Assembly: GCA_009103225.1 (NCBI GenBank)
Contig: RHPI01000975.1
Span: 1 to 53,449, forward strand
Length of the DNA: 53,449 nt
From: Chlorokybus atmophyticus
Taxonomy: Eukaryota > Plantae > Mesostigma and Chlorokybus algae
Direction of reading: 5' to 3'
Shown: one piece after another, positions 19,754 through 32,132 of the stretch
Position numbering within the stretch: the first letter of the stretch is position 1
Layout of the letters: the number at the start of each line of letters is the position of its first letter
Notes under the pieces: generated by a model
Seen by the model: the letters and a program-made list of their open reading frames with translations, nothing else
The model's database searches: none
What the model was told of the DNA's origin: nothing
Program-made: the position numbers and the translations under genes

Positions 19754-22700
19754 TCACAAATCGGGCGGCAATGTCCACCCTAGCCTCTTAGCTTCTTCTG
19801 TCAGCAGTTGCAAGAGCTGTGTTGCACTGCATGAATCACAATCACAAATGTCAGTCTATGTTCAATCAATATAGGTCAACAGTACCATAATAACATATGC
19901 GTGATATAACCTGTTGCGCACCATGCACTCACAGCACTTACACGGAGCATTCATAGTAAGGCCGTAAACTTGGATTCCTATCGACATCTGCATATGAAAA
20001 CCGTGGGCCCGATATGGTGCCATCCTTGCGCGGTCGGCCGCGAGGCTGCAAACAAGCTCGTCAGCACACATGACAGACCGACTGCACCTCAAAGGAAGCT
20101 GACTTCCTATGGATGCCTTGAGCACTGTATCAGCAGCCATTACACACGCACCCGTTTGCCATTTATACAGGGCTGGGCCTTGCCAAGCGCTGCACGATCC
20201 ACTGGTTCTACATGTTGGGTATCACCTGTGGTAAAAAAGATGTCCATCAACCACGTGCATAAATGACTGCTCAAGCCAACATGACAAGGTGCATCCAGCA
20301 AAGCAATGTAACAACAGGCTAGATAGACGAAGTACACGCCACTTACGCTCTTGTCTTCTCTGCCAGTGACAGATCACGCGATCAGTCTCATTAACGCTGA
20401 GCACCTTGCCAAGATCAGTGCGACGCCCTTGCAACTCGATACATGCAGCCATGCTTGAGGATGATGCGTCCGCTGCAGGAATGTCATCTGCATCACATCA
20501 GTCAAAGTGAGCTCATTGCAACATGCTTAACCTTACTGGCAACACTCTTGTGCAACTCACCCAAACAGTCGGGCACAACATCAAAGGCTTTTCGCACAAA
20601 CTGCTTGCGCATTGTCAAGTCCTCAAACAGGTCGATGGCTGCCAATCCAAGCAGATAACCGAGCTCGGCTTGGATTGAGTTCTTGAACACCGGGCTTGAC
20701 CCCAGTTGCTCATGATTGAAGGTAGCCCTCCAAATGTTACCTCTAACTTCGTACGTGTAACCTTTAGCCATGCCCTTGTGATGATAATAGCCTGTATTGA
20801 AGGAGCTCAGTTAAAATTACGGGCATCATGTGCACAAGATGAGAACTGGCGTTGCCAAGGGCAAAACTATACATGCTACCTGCTTTTGGTGGAAGGACGC
20901 TGGCAGATTGCAATGCACGCGCCCCGTTGTTTATCCTGTCATCAATGTCCATCACATCGCTAGCAACACCGTCTAGCAGACTGTTGTTGATGGGTGGTGT
21001 TGCTAGCGAAGTGTCGTCACCCTTGCTGGCATCCGCATAAAGTTGAGAATCCACTTCATTGTTCAAACCTGCTCCTCCTAGAAAGGCCATCGCAGGCATG
21101 AAGTAAGCAACTGGACATGTTTCAGCATGTTTTACTAATTCATTACACGGAAGCAAGGGAGGGACTCCTGCTTGCCTGCAAAAGGAGAGGTGAAGGCATT
21201 CCCATCGTCTTCAGGAGTGGGTAAAACCTCCGTAGCCTCTGTAGCTTCGGAGGCCAACCTCTCTGTGCCTTCACTGCTGCTCGCTTCCACCATCAAACTA
21301 TCACCGTGTTGGCCATCACTCTGAATGTCTGCCATAGTGTGTGTGGCACCATCTGGCTGTAGCGCTTGCTCACCCATGTCTTCAACAACTGCCAAAGAGA
21401 TACCAGCATAAGCAAATACACTGCATAATGTTGCATAGCTCGTTAACGCAGAGCGCTTGCTGTAGCGTAGGAATACAACCTATAGTTGACCTGCGACAGT
21501 GTACAGTGTACCTTTCGTGTTTAAGTCAAGACCTAGCTTTGGTCGCTTTCGGCGATCCAGAGGCTGAGCAGACAGACCGCTTGAACTGCGTTTGCTTGTG
21601 TCCCCAGAGATTGTAGGCACTTCTTCCTCTGTACGCTCAGCCTCAATGTGTGGTGTTGCGGCCATTGTCTCCGCCTCAGCATTCACTTCCTCTTCACCAC
21701 TGACAGAGCATGTGTTCTGCATGCGCACACCGCTTTCGTCGACAGTGGCAACATTGTTAGGTTGCATGCTTCCTTGCGCAAGGCTGCTCAGACTGCAATT
21801 CTCTGCATGTCTGGGCATGACTGCAATGCCTGCCTCCATGCCCTTGCCATTAACATGTGGTGATGCGGGCGTTGAAGAGAAATCGGCATCCACCTCAGCA
21901 TGAACTCCATCCTCGCGACTAACAGAGCGCGCCTTCTGTCCGCAAAGTTCGCTCTTGTCCACAATGGCAGCAGCAATAGGTTGCGTGCTTCCGTGCGCAG
22001 GACTGTTTGAAATGCAACTGTGTGCATGCTCACGCATGGCTGCAACTTCTTCCTCCATGCGCTTTACATCAACATGTGATGGTGTGGGCATTGGGCAGAC
22101 ATCGGCATCGTCTTCAGAGTTCACGTCAACATCGCGACTAACAGAGCACATGTTCTGCATGCGCACTGTGCTCTCGTCCAAGTTGGCAATGGCATCGGGT
22201 TGTGTGCTTTCTTGCGCGGAACTGCTCAAGTTGATTTTGTATGTGCGCTGGGACAGGACTTCAACTGCTTCCTCCATGTGCTGGACATGTGGTGATGTGG
22301 GCGTTGAACAGACATCAGCATCCACCTCAGAGTTCACTCGTATATCGCAACTCACAGAGCACGTGTTGTGCATACGCACTGTGCTCCCGTCCATGTTGGC
22401 GATGACATCTGGTTGCGTGCTTTCTGGCGTGGAACTGCTCATTGTAACTTTGTTTGCATGCAGGACAACAACTTCTTCCTCCATGCGTTCAACATGAACA
22501 TGTGATGAAGCTGGCGAAAAGTCATTGACATCTGCCTCGGACTCCACTCGTATATTGCGACTCACAGAGCACGCGGTGTGCATGCGCACTTCACTCTCGT
22601 CCAGAGTAGCAACAGCATCAAATTGCATCCTTTCCTGTTGTACTTCAGGGGCAGGAGAAGCTGGCATGTCTTCATTCGGAGATGTGGTGGTGTTAGCGCT

Positions 22701-25700
22701 GTGCTTACGAGCGCAGTCCAATGCTTCAAGCAAAATTCTCTCCACCCGGTCAGCACTTGCAAGAGCTTGTGAAGTTGGGTGCAAAGCTGCAATCTCCAGC
22801 GCCCCTGCCGCGACAGCAGTCGGGGGTGCGTCGCATTTGTGTTCACTGGTTGCCGCACTAACCGGACTACTCCCTGCGTGTGCGGGTACCACAGAGTCCT
22901 TTGCGTCATCCTGCATGTTGCCAGGTTGTTCGCGTACCTCATGACCTGTACACCATGAAACACCTGATGCTAAGGGCTCCGCCAGCACCGCTTTAAGTAA
23001 CGTCCTGCTTGCATCATTTGACTCATTGAGACCAGTGTCTTTTAGTTCGGCAGTCTTGGGCTCCTGCTCAATGTGTTCTCCTTTAACTGCCAGCAGTCTT
23101 TGCATTGCGCACGATTGTGTAGTGCGCTCGCCCTTCACAGGTTCGCCTGGATGAACAGTAGCTTCAAGCACAACTGTAATACTCTTGAGTGCATGAGCTG
23201 TCTCTTTGGACCGGATACAGTTGGACTCATCGCCCGTTCTCTCCATCTCAGCTGCTTGCAGATCAACTGCTAATGTTGTACGCGGTTGTGCAGCACAAAC
23301 ATCCGCCTCAGCTGCACCGACTTCCATGATCACGTTATCATTCCTAAATCAATGCAGTGTTGATCAGATGTGCGCCATCCAAAAGTGTGACAGCATGCCT
23401 GCAGCAAACAGCTCAACTCACTGTGGCAAGAGAACGCGCTCCCCACTATCACCCTCTAACTCAAGGCTATGGTCACTGTGCTGCGGGGAAGACATAACCT
23501 CGCTTGGAGCATCAGATTCAGACCACTGCTCTGATGCGAACGCAGACCTGCAAGCACATAACACTCATCTAGACATGCAAGTGCCGCGACCCCTCCCGCA
23601 GACATCACGAAAAACTTTGTACTCACTCTTCCGACAAGGACAGTGCATAAGTGGGCGGATGATGCTGTGCCTTCAACGCACTACTCGGTGTCTTGGCTTC
23701 CTTCTCAGACGAGCAGATCCCGACGACTCTGGTGCCCTTGCGAGTGAAGTTCAGCGCATAGCACTTACCCGCTGCTGGACCAGACTTAATCCTGATAATG
23801 CTATCTGGCGCATCTGAAAACTGGGCGCAGTCTGCGACAATGCAACGATGACATAAGATTAACTGCTGCAGTGTAATCTGCAACGCTTGTTTGCCTTGTC
23901 GTGTGAAGTGACGACTACCTTGTTGGCACTCACCAGGCTTGTCGATTGTCGGTGAGGCTACAAGCGCCTCTTGTGCAGGCTTGACGGCCGCGGGTTCTGC
24001 AACAGTCGCAACTTGACGACTTGTGACTTCCTCGGCCACCCTGCTGTTATCAGATGACGAGCTGGCTGAAGTTGAAGTTGAAGTGGTGGTTGAAGTTGAA
24101 TACGCCTCTTCAGAAGACGTGATTACTAGGGCTGTAGTGGCCGTTGAGGTCATAGCAGACTGCTTCGCTGCTGCTGGCAGTGGCGCAATGTTGCATGCGC
24201 TGCCTGGCCGTGAAGCAGGCCTGGCTTCCATTGCGTGTTGAGGACTTGCAAGGCTGTTCCCCAACTTAGAAGCTACGGGTGTGATGTCGCCTGTTGCTGA
24301 GCGGGAAAGTTGAGCCTTTTCATTGTCATAAGCAGAAGCATGCGCAGGGGTCTGTGCTGGTGTTTCAGGAGTGTTAGCAGCAGCGGTCCTGGCAGGACCT
24401 GCACTGGCCACCTGGCTCTGGGGAGTATGCAACTCCAATGCCACTGCTGGAACTCCTAATGATGTCGCATCGTGGGATATAGGCTTTGCAGGTAGTAGTA
24501 AAGCGATTGTAGCAGTGGACTTGGCAGGACATGCACTGGCTACCACGTTTTGCGGGGTATGCAACTCTGAAGCAACTGATGGCACACGTGCTGGTGTCAC
24601 ATCATGCAAAATGGGGTTTGCAGGTGGTAGCGAAGCCTTGGTGAGCTGACGTCCATTGTCAGGCTGAGGGGTTTCGCACATGCGGTCGATTTGAAGCTTG
24701 GGTGGACGCACCTTGCCAGCTGACACCTGAGTTTTGGTGTCTGGAATACGTTTACTGAGCACCTGTGCTGGTACAGTGGAAGGCGCGGTAAAGCCAGAGT
24801 CACCATCGATGTCCATGTCGCTCAGTTCATCTCCCAGCGAAGGTACGCCATCCTCGCAAGCATCCATCGGATTATTAGGATCTGCACACAAATGCGAGTG
24901 ATGGCAGGATCTCAATGTGAAACAGCTCAAGGAGGTTGTTGGAAGCCTCCACGTTGCGATGTGTCCTCAATTGCAAGTGCATGCGCTTCACAGCTCAAGG
25001 TATAGTCATGGGGCAGATAGGCAGGAGCACAACATGTACAATAAACAGCGGACTACCTTTGCGCACCAAACGCTGATCGGCTGTGCTTGGTGCAGCTTCA
25101 GCCTTCGCATTTGGTTGTTTCTTGAATGACGGAAGTTTGAATTTGGACGAAAGCAGCTGCGCCATGGACGGCTTCTCCTGTGGCAACTTGGTTTGCTCAG
25201 CTCCCGGTGTGACACGAGGCGTTGTTTTTAAGGTTCTCTCCTGTAGCGACTTGTGTTGCTCAACTCCTGGGGTGACACGAGGCGTAGTTTTGAAAGTCCT
25301 CAGGTGCGGTGTTGATGGTGTTCGGCTTTTGCTGCCTTTTGGACGCCCACGCAGCCGCGGTGTCTTGATGACTCCTACAGAAAAAGCGTTCCAGCTCCAG
25401 GTCCAACAACACCAATGGTCCGGTAATAAGTTGATCAACTTACCTGTTGGCTTGGGTTGGGCAGCAGGTGCAGGCTGCTGGGCCAACGGTACCTTTGATA
25501 CAGCAATGACATCATTGCGATCAATGAGTTGCACTGGCCTGCGCTCCTTTGCACCTGCGGTATCAAAGTTGAGGTGCACTCGACCAAAATTATAATCCAA
25601 CAGTGTTGTTGAGTGTCAAACCTCATACCCGGAGCCCACAGCTTCTTGCCTCCGCGCGCCGCAGACGGTGTGCCAGAAGCTGCTGTTGGGGAGATTGGTT

Positions 25701-27502
25701 TCTGCTCAAAGGTAGTGGGCATCGCAGAGCCTGCAGGTGCATTCGTTGGCAAAGGTCGCTGGTGGGACAGGTTGTGTTGGGGTTGATGTGGAGGCTGCAT
25801 AATTGATGAGGAGTGCCTGACGATGGGAGGTAGCATTGCATGCGTTGAAGTGGTAGCTGTAACAAGCGGTGGGCGAGCAGGGGCCGGATGTACTGTGGGA
25901 GCTGGTGAGTCTGCACATCATTGACCCATGCTTGAGGAAACCGCGCAACGATGGTGCATGAGCAGGTTATGGAAAACAAAGGACACCACCTTACCAGCGA
26001 GCTGCTGACTCTTGTTGGAAGCAATGACTGACCGCTTCTCATGTAGCTTTTGCTGCACAGGCCCTGTAATGGCCCTCCAGCTCCCTGGAGCAAAATCATC
26101 CGGGTATTGGATGTAGTTGAACACTACCGGCTGCTTGTGTATGCGAAACAACTCGTGCTGAGCGCAGTCGTAACACGCTGCCGCCTTGACTGCAGTCGGG
26201 TACCAAAAGCACACAGTCTGGGCTGACCCTGGAGCCACCTGCACAGTGGCCTTCCACTGCTCTTTGACACCATCCCAGGAAACTCCATAGTATTTGGACT
26301 CTTCTTCTGAAGAAGGTGGACTCTTTTGAGATGCTACATGGAGCCTGATGAACGCAATGGGGGTACCCCAGCAATTCACCAACAAACCATACATATGCCT
26401 ACCTAAGGTACTTGTTGGGTGCTTCCTAATGGTCCCCATCATGCGGGCATGCATACAATTGCAAGCGGCCAAGGCGATATTCCCTCCATAGCTGCATGGC
26501 ACATCGCACGGCTGGAATGTCCTTGCTGCTGGGCGCGATTCGTCCTACCGCGAAGCTCGATCAATGAGTCTGCGTCAACACAACTGCCAAGTGAGGCTGA
26601 TGACAGCGCAGGTGTCGTGCCATGCCACATTGAAGGGTAACAATCAAGAATTGTGCCTCTGTCAAAGTATAACGGCTGCCATGCAAGGTAGGCTTGACGC
26701 TAAAATAAGCTGAATGGCAACTCGCATGTGAAGCTAACAGAGTTCTGCGAGTTCCTTATACCCCTTGCATAGGATAACGTTACCCAACCACAATATGTTG
26801 CTGATGTTGAACCTTCTATGACCCCAAAGGACTAGACAACAGCACTGCCGCATGTTGCACAAAGTTTGTGTGCCATCTGGACTGCATGGACACATAGCAT
26901 TCTCGGTGCAAATGCATGAACCTGATAACACAGGGCACTTTCCACTCGACCATAAAGGCCTAGGTGGTGGTTATAACCAATACCCGGGTTATTGATGCTT
27001 CACTGCTACCTGACTTGTTGCATTACCTCATGGAGACGACAGAGTTAAGCTTGGCTTGTTGATTCATGTTCACACCCCTTCCACACAACATAGATACGGA
27101 ATTGCCAAGGCGTGCAGTGCTAGTTTTGGGTGACGTGAACAGACAAGCCGATGGGTCACGCATCACATCGACTACCTGAAGCAACAAAAAGGGCGGATTG
27201 CTGACATGTGCAGTGCCATGATGCAAAGATATTGCCTCGTACACAACACTATCAAGGCTCGTGTTACCACTAGGCCACATCAGCACGAGAACTGACGGTG
27301 AGGGCTTACGATGTAATCAGGCTTTGTACAAAACCAAAACACAGCAGAAGTTATTTCAATCTGCATATTTTGCACAGCAAAGGAAGGTAACAGGTACTAG
27401 CTACGCTACTGCACACTTGTCGAAACTCAAAGTCTGTGAGCAATTGCAGTGTATATGGAATGCAACCAGTCGCGTGAGACTGCTGTCTGAACTGCTGGCC
27501 AT
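19754..27502 (-). CDS. Large multi-exon nuclear protein with an AP2/ERF domain, a second degenerate AP2-like domain, two AT-hooks and long low-complexity repeats; 5' end uncertain
   Basis: AP2-like SKYYGVSWDGVKEQWKATV...YPTAVKAAACYD...FNY (~26113-26300). AT-hooks PRLRGRPKGSK (~25335-25360) and KRPRGRPRKDG (~20024-20044). KGYTYEVRGNIWRATF...AELGY (~20650-20770). Phase-compatible introns were traced for parts of the gene, including the last exons to TGA 19754-19756. Exons above 26544 are tentative. Confidence 0.75.
21610..22619 (-). repeat. Coding tandem repeat, ~4.7 copies of 210-219 nt (70-73 aa)
   Basis: Units start at 22619, 22409, 22196, 21977 and 21758. Consensus approximates DxxAxLDESxVRMxNxCSVSxDxxVNSExDADxxxxPxSxHVxxxxMEExVxV...SSxxxxSTQP. 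Confidence 0.92.
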
Positions 27503-27786
27503 CGGCTAAAGCTTAACACTGCCGCCGAGTAGCATGTAAGCGATTGTGTGTTAGCAATCGTGCACACGCAATGCTGCTTGCAAGCACGCTAACATGCCAG
27601 CCGTCAAATAGACGATGAATAGCTCGGGTGCTGTGCCCAGCATCAACCCTACATCCGGAACACAATTATGCCAGGCTGGGAAATCAAGGCTCACCTCATG
27701 CAGCGCAGGGATCATTCCACCTCACAGGCGGCGACGACTCCCACGACAACGCCCACGACGTCCACCGCCACGCCCACCGCTGGGAT

Positions 27787-27794
27787 TAGGGTTT
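27787..27794 (-). promoter_or_regulatory. Telo-box (TAGGGTTT) between the divergent AP2 and AVT6 genes
   Basis: Single exact motif match. Confidence 0.4.
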
Positions 27795-28087
27795 GCAAGC
27801 GTCGTATTTCATAGTTTGTCATGCAAGCAGAGGCAATGATAGGTCAATCAGCACAGCACAGTTGGTGATCCATTGCGGTGATCCCTGGCTCACTGAGCGT
27901 GTGTTTCAGGGATTCATAATGCCAACTGTGATCATTGATTTTAGGCTGTGTGATCGCTGATCCCCTGACCAGGCCAAATTAGGTGTGCACGCCAGGCCAG
28001 GCCAGGCCAGGCTTGAGGTGGGCGACGGGAAGCGGCGCTTGGCTCGACCGGTCCCGGCCTGGGCCTGGGCCTCGGCCTCTTAGTGGG

Positions 28088-31000
28088 ATGGCGCTGCCAG
28101 GCTCCGTCAGTCCAGCAGCGAGGTCAGCATGGAATGCCTAGGTTCTCACGCTCTCTGGTCTAACAACCACTGCAGCTGTGCCAGCTGTCCAATCCAGCGT
28201 TTGCCCAACTTAATGCGCGTTTCCTTGTCTTGCTGAGCATCTAGACAATCACGACCAGCAAGTTGAATCACTGGAGCCCAGCTTCCCTAGTTGCTGATCT
28301 TGTAGCTCAGCTTCAGGCATGGCAATGTGTCGTGTGGTGAGCTTCGTTTGGCGCACTCAGCGTGTCAGCCTGTGTGCTTTCATGCTTAGGACTAAAGCGT
28401 GTTGCGCGTCTTTCAAGCCTGGCAAGCTTCACGAGCCGGCAGACCAAAAGCATAACGGCAATGCGGTAGTCTGCCGGCTCGTGCTTTGGCACACACAGCG
28501 TTGCTGCACGGGTGCATATGAGCTGCTGATGTCAACTTGTGCACATACGCGCACACGCGCGCACATACACAGACAGAGTGTGCATACACTCATACATGCA
28601 CGCACGTCCACGCGCATGCACACGCATGTGCATGTGTACATACGCCCAGTTGCACTGGCACGCACACGTGTGCCAGTGCGTTACGCGTTTGTGCGTGTGC
28701 ATCCGCATGCATACGTGCACTCTCACATGCGCGCACGTATGCACACACGCACAAACGTGTGCGCGCATGCACATAGACACCCATGCATGCGTGCACCCCC
28801 CCAACAAGCACTGTTCCCTGTCTCTTCAGATCTCCACCAGGGAAGCAGTCCAGCCATACCAATGGAGCAACCGAGCGTACGCCGCTGCTGCCCAAAGCTG
28901 CGGTCATTGCGGACGCCAGTGCTGGCCTCATTTTCAGCAGCGAAGCGGACGTCCCGCCGGCGTCCATTGCAGGCTCTGTCTTCAACCTTTCCAACACTGT
29001 CATTGGCGCCGGCATAATGGCACTGCCTGCAACACTAAAGTAAGCAAGTTGTGCGTGTACAATGCTTGAGAAACGTACTATCCATCGTGAACTTGAGTGT
29101 ACAGCTTGATCTCATCATGTCACAAGTGCTTCAGACTGCACAGAAGCTTGAACAAGGCAGTGGAAACAAGCTTGTCTCAACCCTCTCTGACCATACTCAT
29201 AAGTCTTTGCTGGGCTTGTAATGCCCATGTACTCATGAGCTTCATCAATGCACTGGCAGGATACTAGGGTTACTTGGAGGACTAGCTGCCATACTTCTAG
29301 TGGCATTGCTTACATTGGCTTCTATTCGCATCATCGTGCGGTGCTCGGCCATGCACGGTCGATACACTTACCAGGTGCGTATTCTGATCTAGTTGCGCAA
29401 CACCACCTGTGATTTGCAGTAAAACTGGTTGCGCGCATGTGCAGGACCTTGTGAGCGAAACACTCGGATGGCGAGGTCGCATCGCGCTTCAAGTAGCCAT
29501 TATGATGAACAACTTTGGCCTTCTGGTTGTCTTCTTGATGATCATCGGTAAGCGTTAAGCAGTATGCAGCTTGGTGAGTGTCAACCAAAGCATGACACAG
29601 ACTGCCACTATGTTGTTATGTTATTGTTACACAGGTGATGTGCTTGCTGGACACAAAAGGCCGGATGCACAGCACCGAGACGGATTGCTGCCAGAATGGA
29701 TGGGTTACAGTGGATTCATCAACAGCAGAGCCTTTATCACTGCTGCCCTCGCGGTGTTGCTCGCACCATTGATGTGCCTTCGCCGCATGGGTACACACAC
29801 ATGTTGGTCTATCATACTTGGTGGTGAGGCGCTAGTGAGGTGCTAACTTGTTGTGTATGTGCAGAGTCTCTGCGCTTTGCTTCTTTGCTGGCTGTTGCGT
29901 TGGCTTCCATGTTTGCTTTTGTCACGGTGGTGTTGGCGGCGATCAAGCTGGCGTACTTGCCGCTGGAGCCCGTGCGCTGGCTGCCGAAATGGAGCCAGAG
30001 TGCTCTGCTGGGATGGGTTGCCATCATCCCTGTCATTCTGAACGCCTTCATCTGCCACTACAATGGTATGACAGGCAACTGTAGTTGAGTGTGTCTTTGC
30101 GGCCATGTGCGCACAAGTGTGCGTGGGTATGTGCGTGATGCGGGCGCGCAAGGATTTGTGCGTGTGTGTGCGCGGGTTGGTGGGTGTCAGCGGGCATGGG
30201 AGTGTGCATGCATGCATGCATGCCTGCGTGTGTGTTTGTATGTATGTATGTGTGTGTGTGTGTGTGCGTGCGTGCATGCGCATGCGTGCGTGCACATGTG
30301 CGCCTGACATTGTGTGTGTGTGTTTTGGATGGCAGTGCATCCGATATATTTAGAGTTGAAGGATGCTAGCGGGGACAAGATGATGCGAGTGGTCAGGCTG
30401 TCGCTCAAGTACTGTTCTGCTATCTACATGGCCGTGGCTATGTCCTGCTACGTCCTTTTTGGACAAGCAACTGAGGTATGTTTTGTGGCATTGCAATCTC
30501 AGTCTCAACGCGCATGCATATGCACACTCAATCAGAGTTAAACAAGTTGTATATACGTGCAGGCAGATGTGCTTGAGAACTTCAACCATGACCTGCAATC
30601 GCTTATTCCATACGCTAGCCCAGCCACTGCAGCGGTCAAGCTCGGCTACTGCGGCTCACTTCTATTTGGCTTCCCTTTGATCAACTTTGGCCTGCGGCAT
30701 TCGGTGGCTCCCATGCTAGGTGCTTCACTCTCCTGGGTCACTCTCCAGTGCATATTTAATCATGTGTTTCATTTGCTAACACACAGTTTTCATGAACAGG
30801 TTTGTCAAATAAGGAAGGGTTTCTAAGCACGCGCAGACTTTACTGGCTTACAGCCGCAACGCTAGTGCTAACATACCTCGGCGCCGTGTCGCTGCCATCC
30901 ATATGGGTGGCGCTGCAGTTTACTGGTGCCACTGCTGCTGTCACAATTGGGTTTATTATTCCGGGACTTGTCCTGCTTCATGACGAGCACGACAGGTACA

Positions 31001-31344
31001 TACACTTGCACAACATAATTACACACATAGATACGCACGCACGTGTGCATGCACGGTAACTTGCTTCTCTCTGCTGCTGTGTCAAGGCCTGATTAACCTG
31101 CGTAATGATTTGCAGAGTAAGGGGCCCTCGTGTGCAGCTGTGGCTTGGATGGGTTCTCATCATAACAGGTGCGCCCAGGCGTCTGTTTGCAATTCTTGTG
31201 CACAGTCATGATGCTCGCTTGCTCCTGTACCACTCTGTACTTGTACGAGTTGGTTTCATCAGTCTTGCTTACGGTTTTGCAGGGATTGTGGCTGGTGCTG
31301 CGGGGATTCTTGACAGTGCAATGGGTATAAACGGCTCGGGTTGA
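28088..31344 (+). CDS. AVT6: Amino-acid transporter, Aa_trans/SLC38-like, AVT6 type; multi-exon
   Basis: SVFNLSNTVIGAGIMALPATLKILG; NNFGLLVVFLMIIGDVLAG; ESLRFASLLAVA; NAFICHYNVHPIYLEL; YVLFGQATEADVLENF; LQFTGATAAVTIGFIIPG. Consistent GT-AG phases. The 35-nt first exon is tentative. Confidence 0.93.
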
Positions 31345-32132
31345 CACTGACGTCCTACTGCAACCAATAATGCAGTCCCCGAATTTGCGCGCAGTGCACA
31401 TTTTACATGTCTGGGCTGCTTCCGCAGCCCGATGGCAATGATCTGTTGCAATCATTGATTGCGTAGATAGGTTCCTTTGCTAGTACCGGTTACTTTGACG
31501 TCAGCATTTGTTTGCACAGCTATTTGTGCAGTTGAAGAGGCTAGTTTTGGGTTGCCATTGTAGTACATTGTTCACCTGATAATGTCAGCAGTTACTTGGT
31601 AAAGCAGCATCCCTTCTTACATTGGGTATACATTTAATTGGGTATAACTGGGCTGGTTCCTACATGTCAAGCGGGCACATGCTGGAAGCTGGTACAGCAC
31701 ATCAGTACAGTGACCTGCAGACAGTGTGCGCCATGCTGCCACCTTTGCATATACATGCCACTCCACGCACGACTACCATGCCAATACGCATCCGTGCGCT
31801 CCATTGCTCACACTTGCACTTGAGCTTATGCTGATCACGTGACTGCTCTCTACCACAGTACACAAGCACTCACAAGAACAACCAGCTGTTATTACAATAG
31901 AAGCTTATATATACGAAAAGATACTGTGTCAGACACGTACGTGAGACGTAATTGCCCAGGGACGTGCTTATTGTTGCACCAGACACTGCCAGCTCAAACC
32001 AAAAACAAATCCCGGCAGGCTCCAACCCTCGATCCTAAACGCTACTAGCTAGCTTCAGCACATGGGCATAAACCTACAGGAGGAAGCATGCGCATACACG
32101 GGGAAACATCGCGCCTTATCGCTTGCAGGTGG

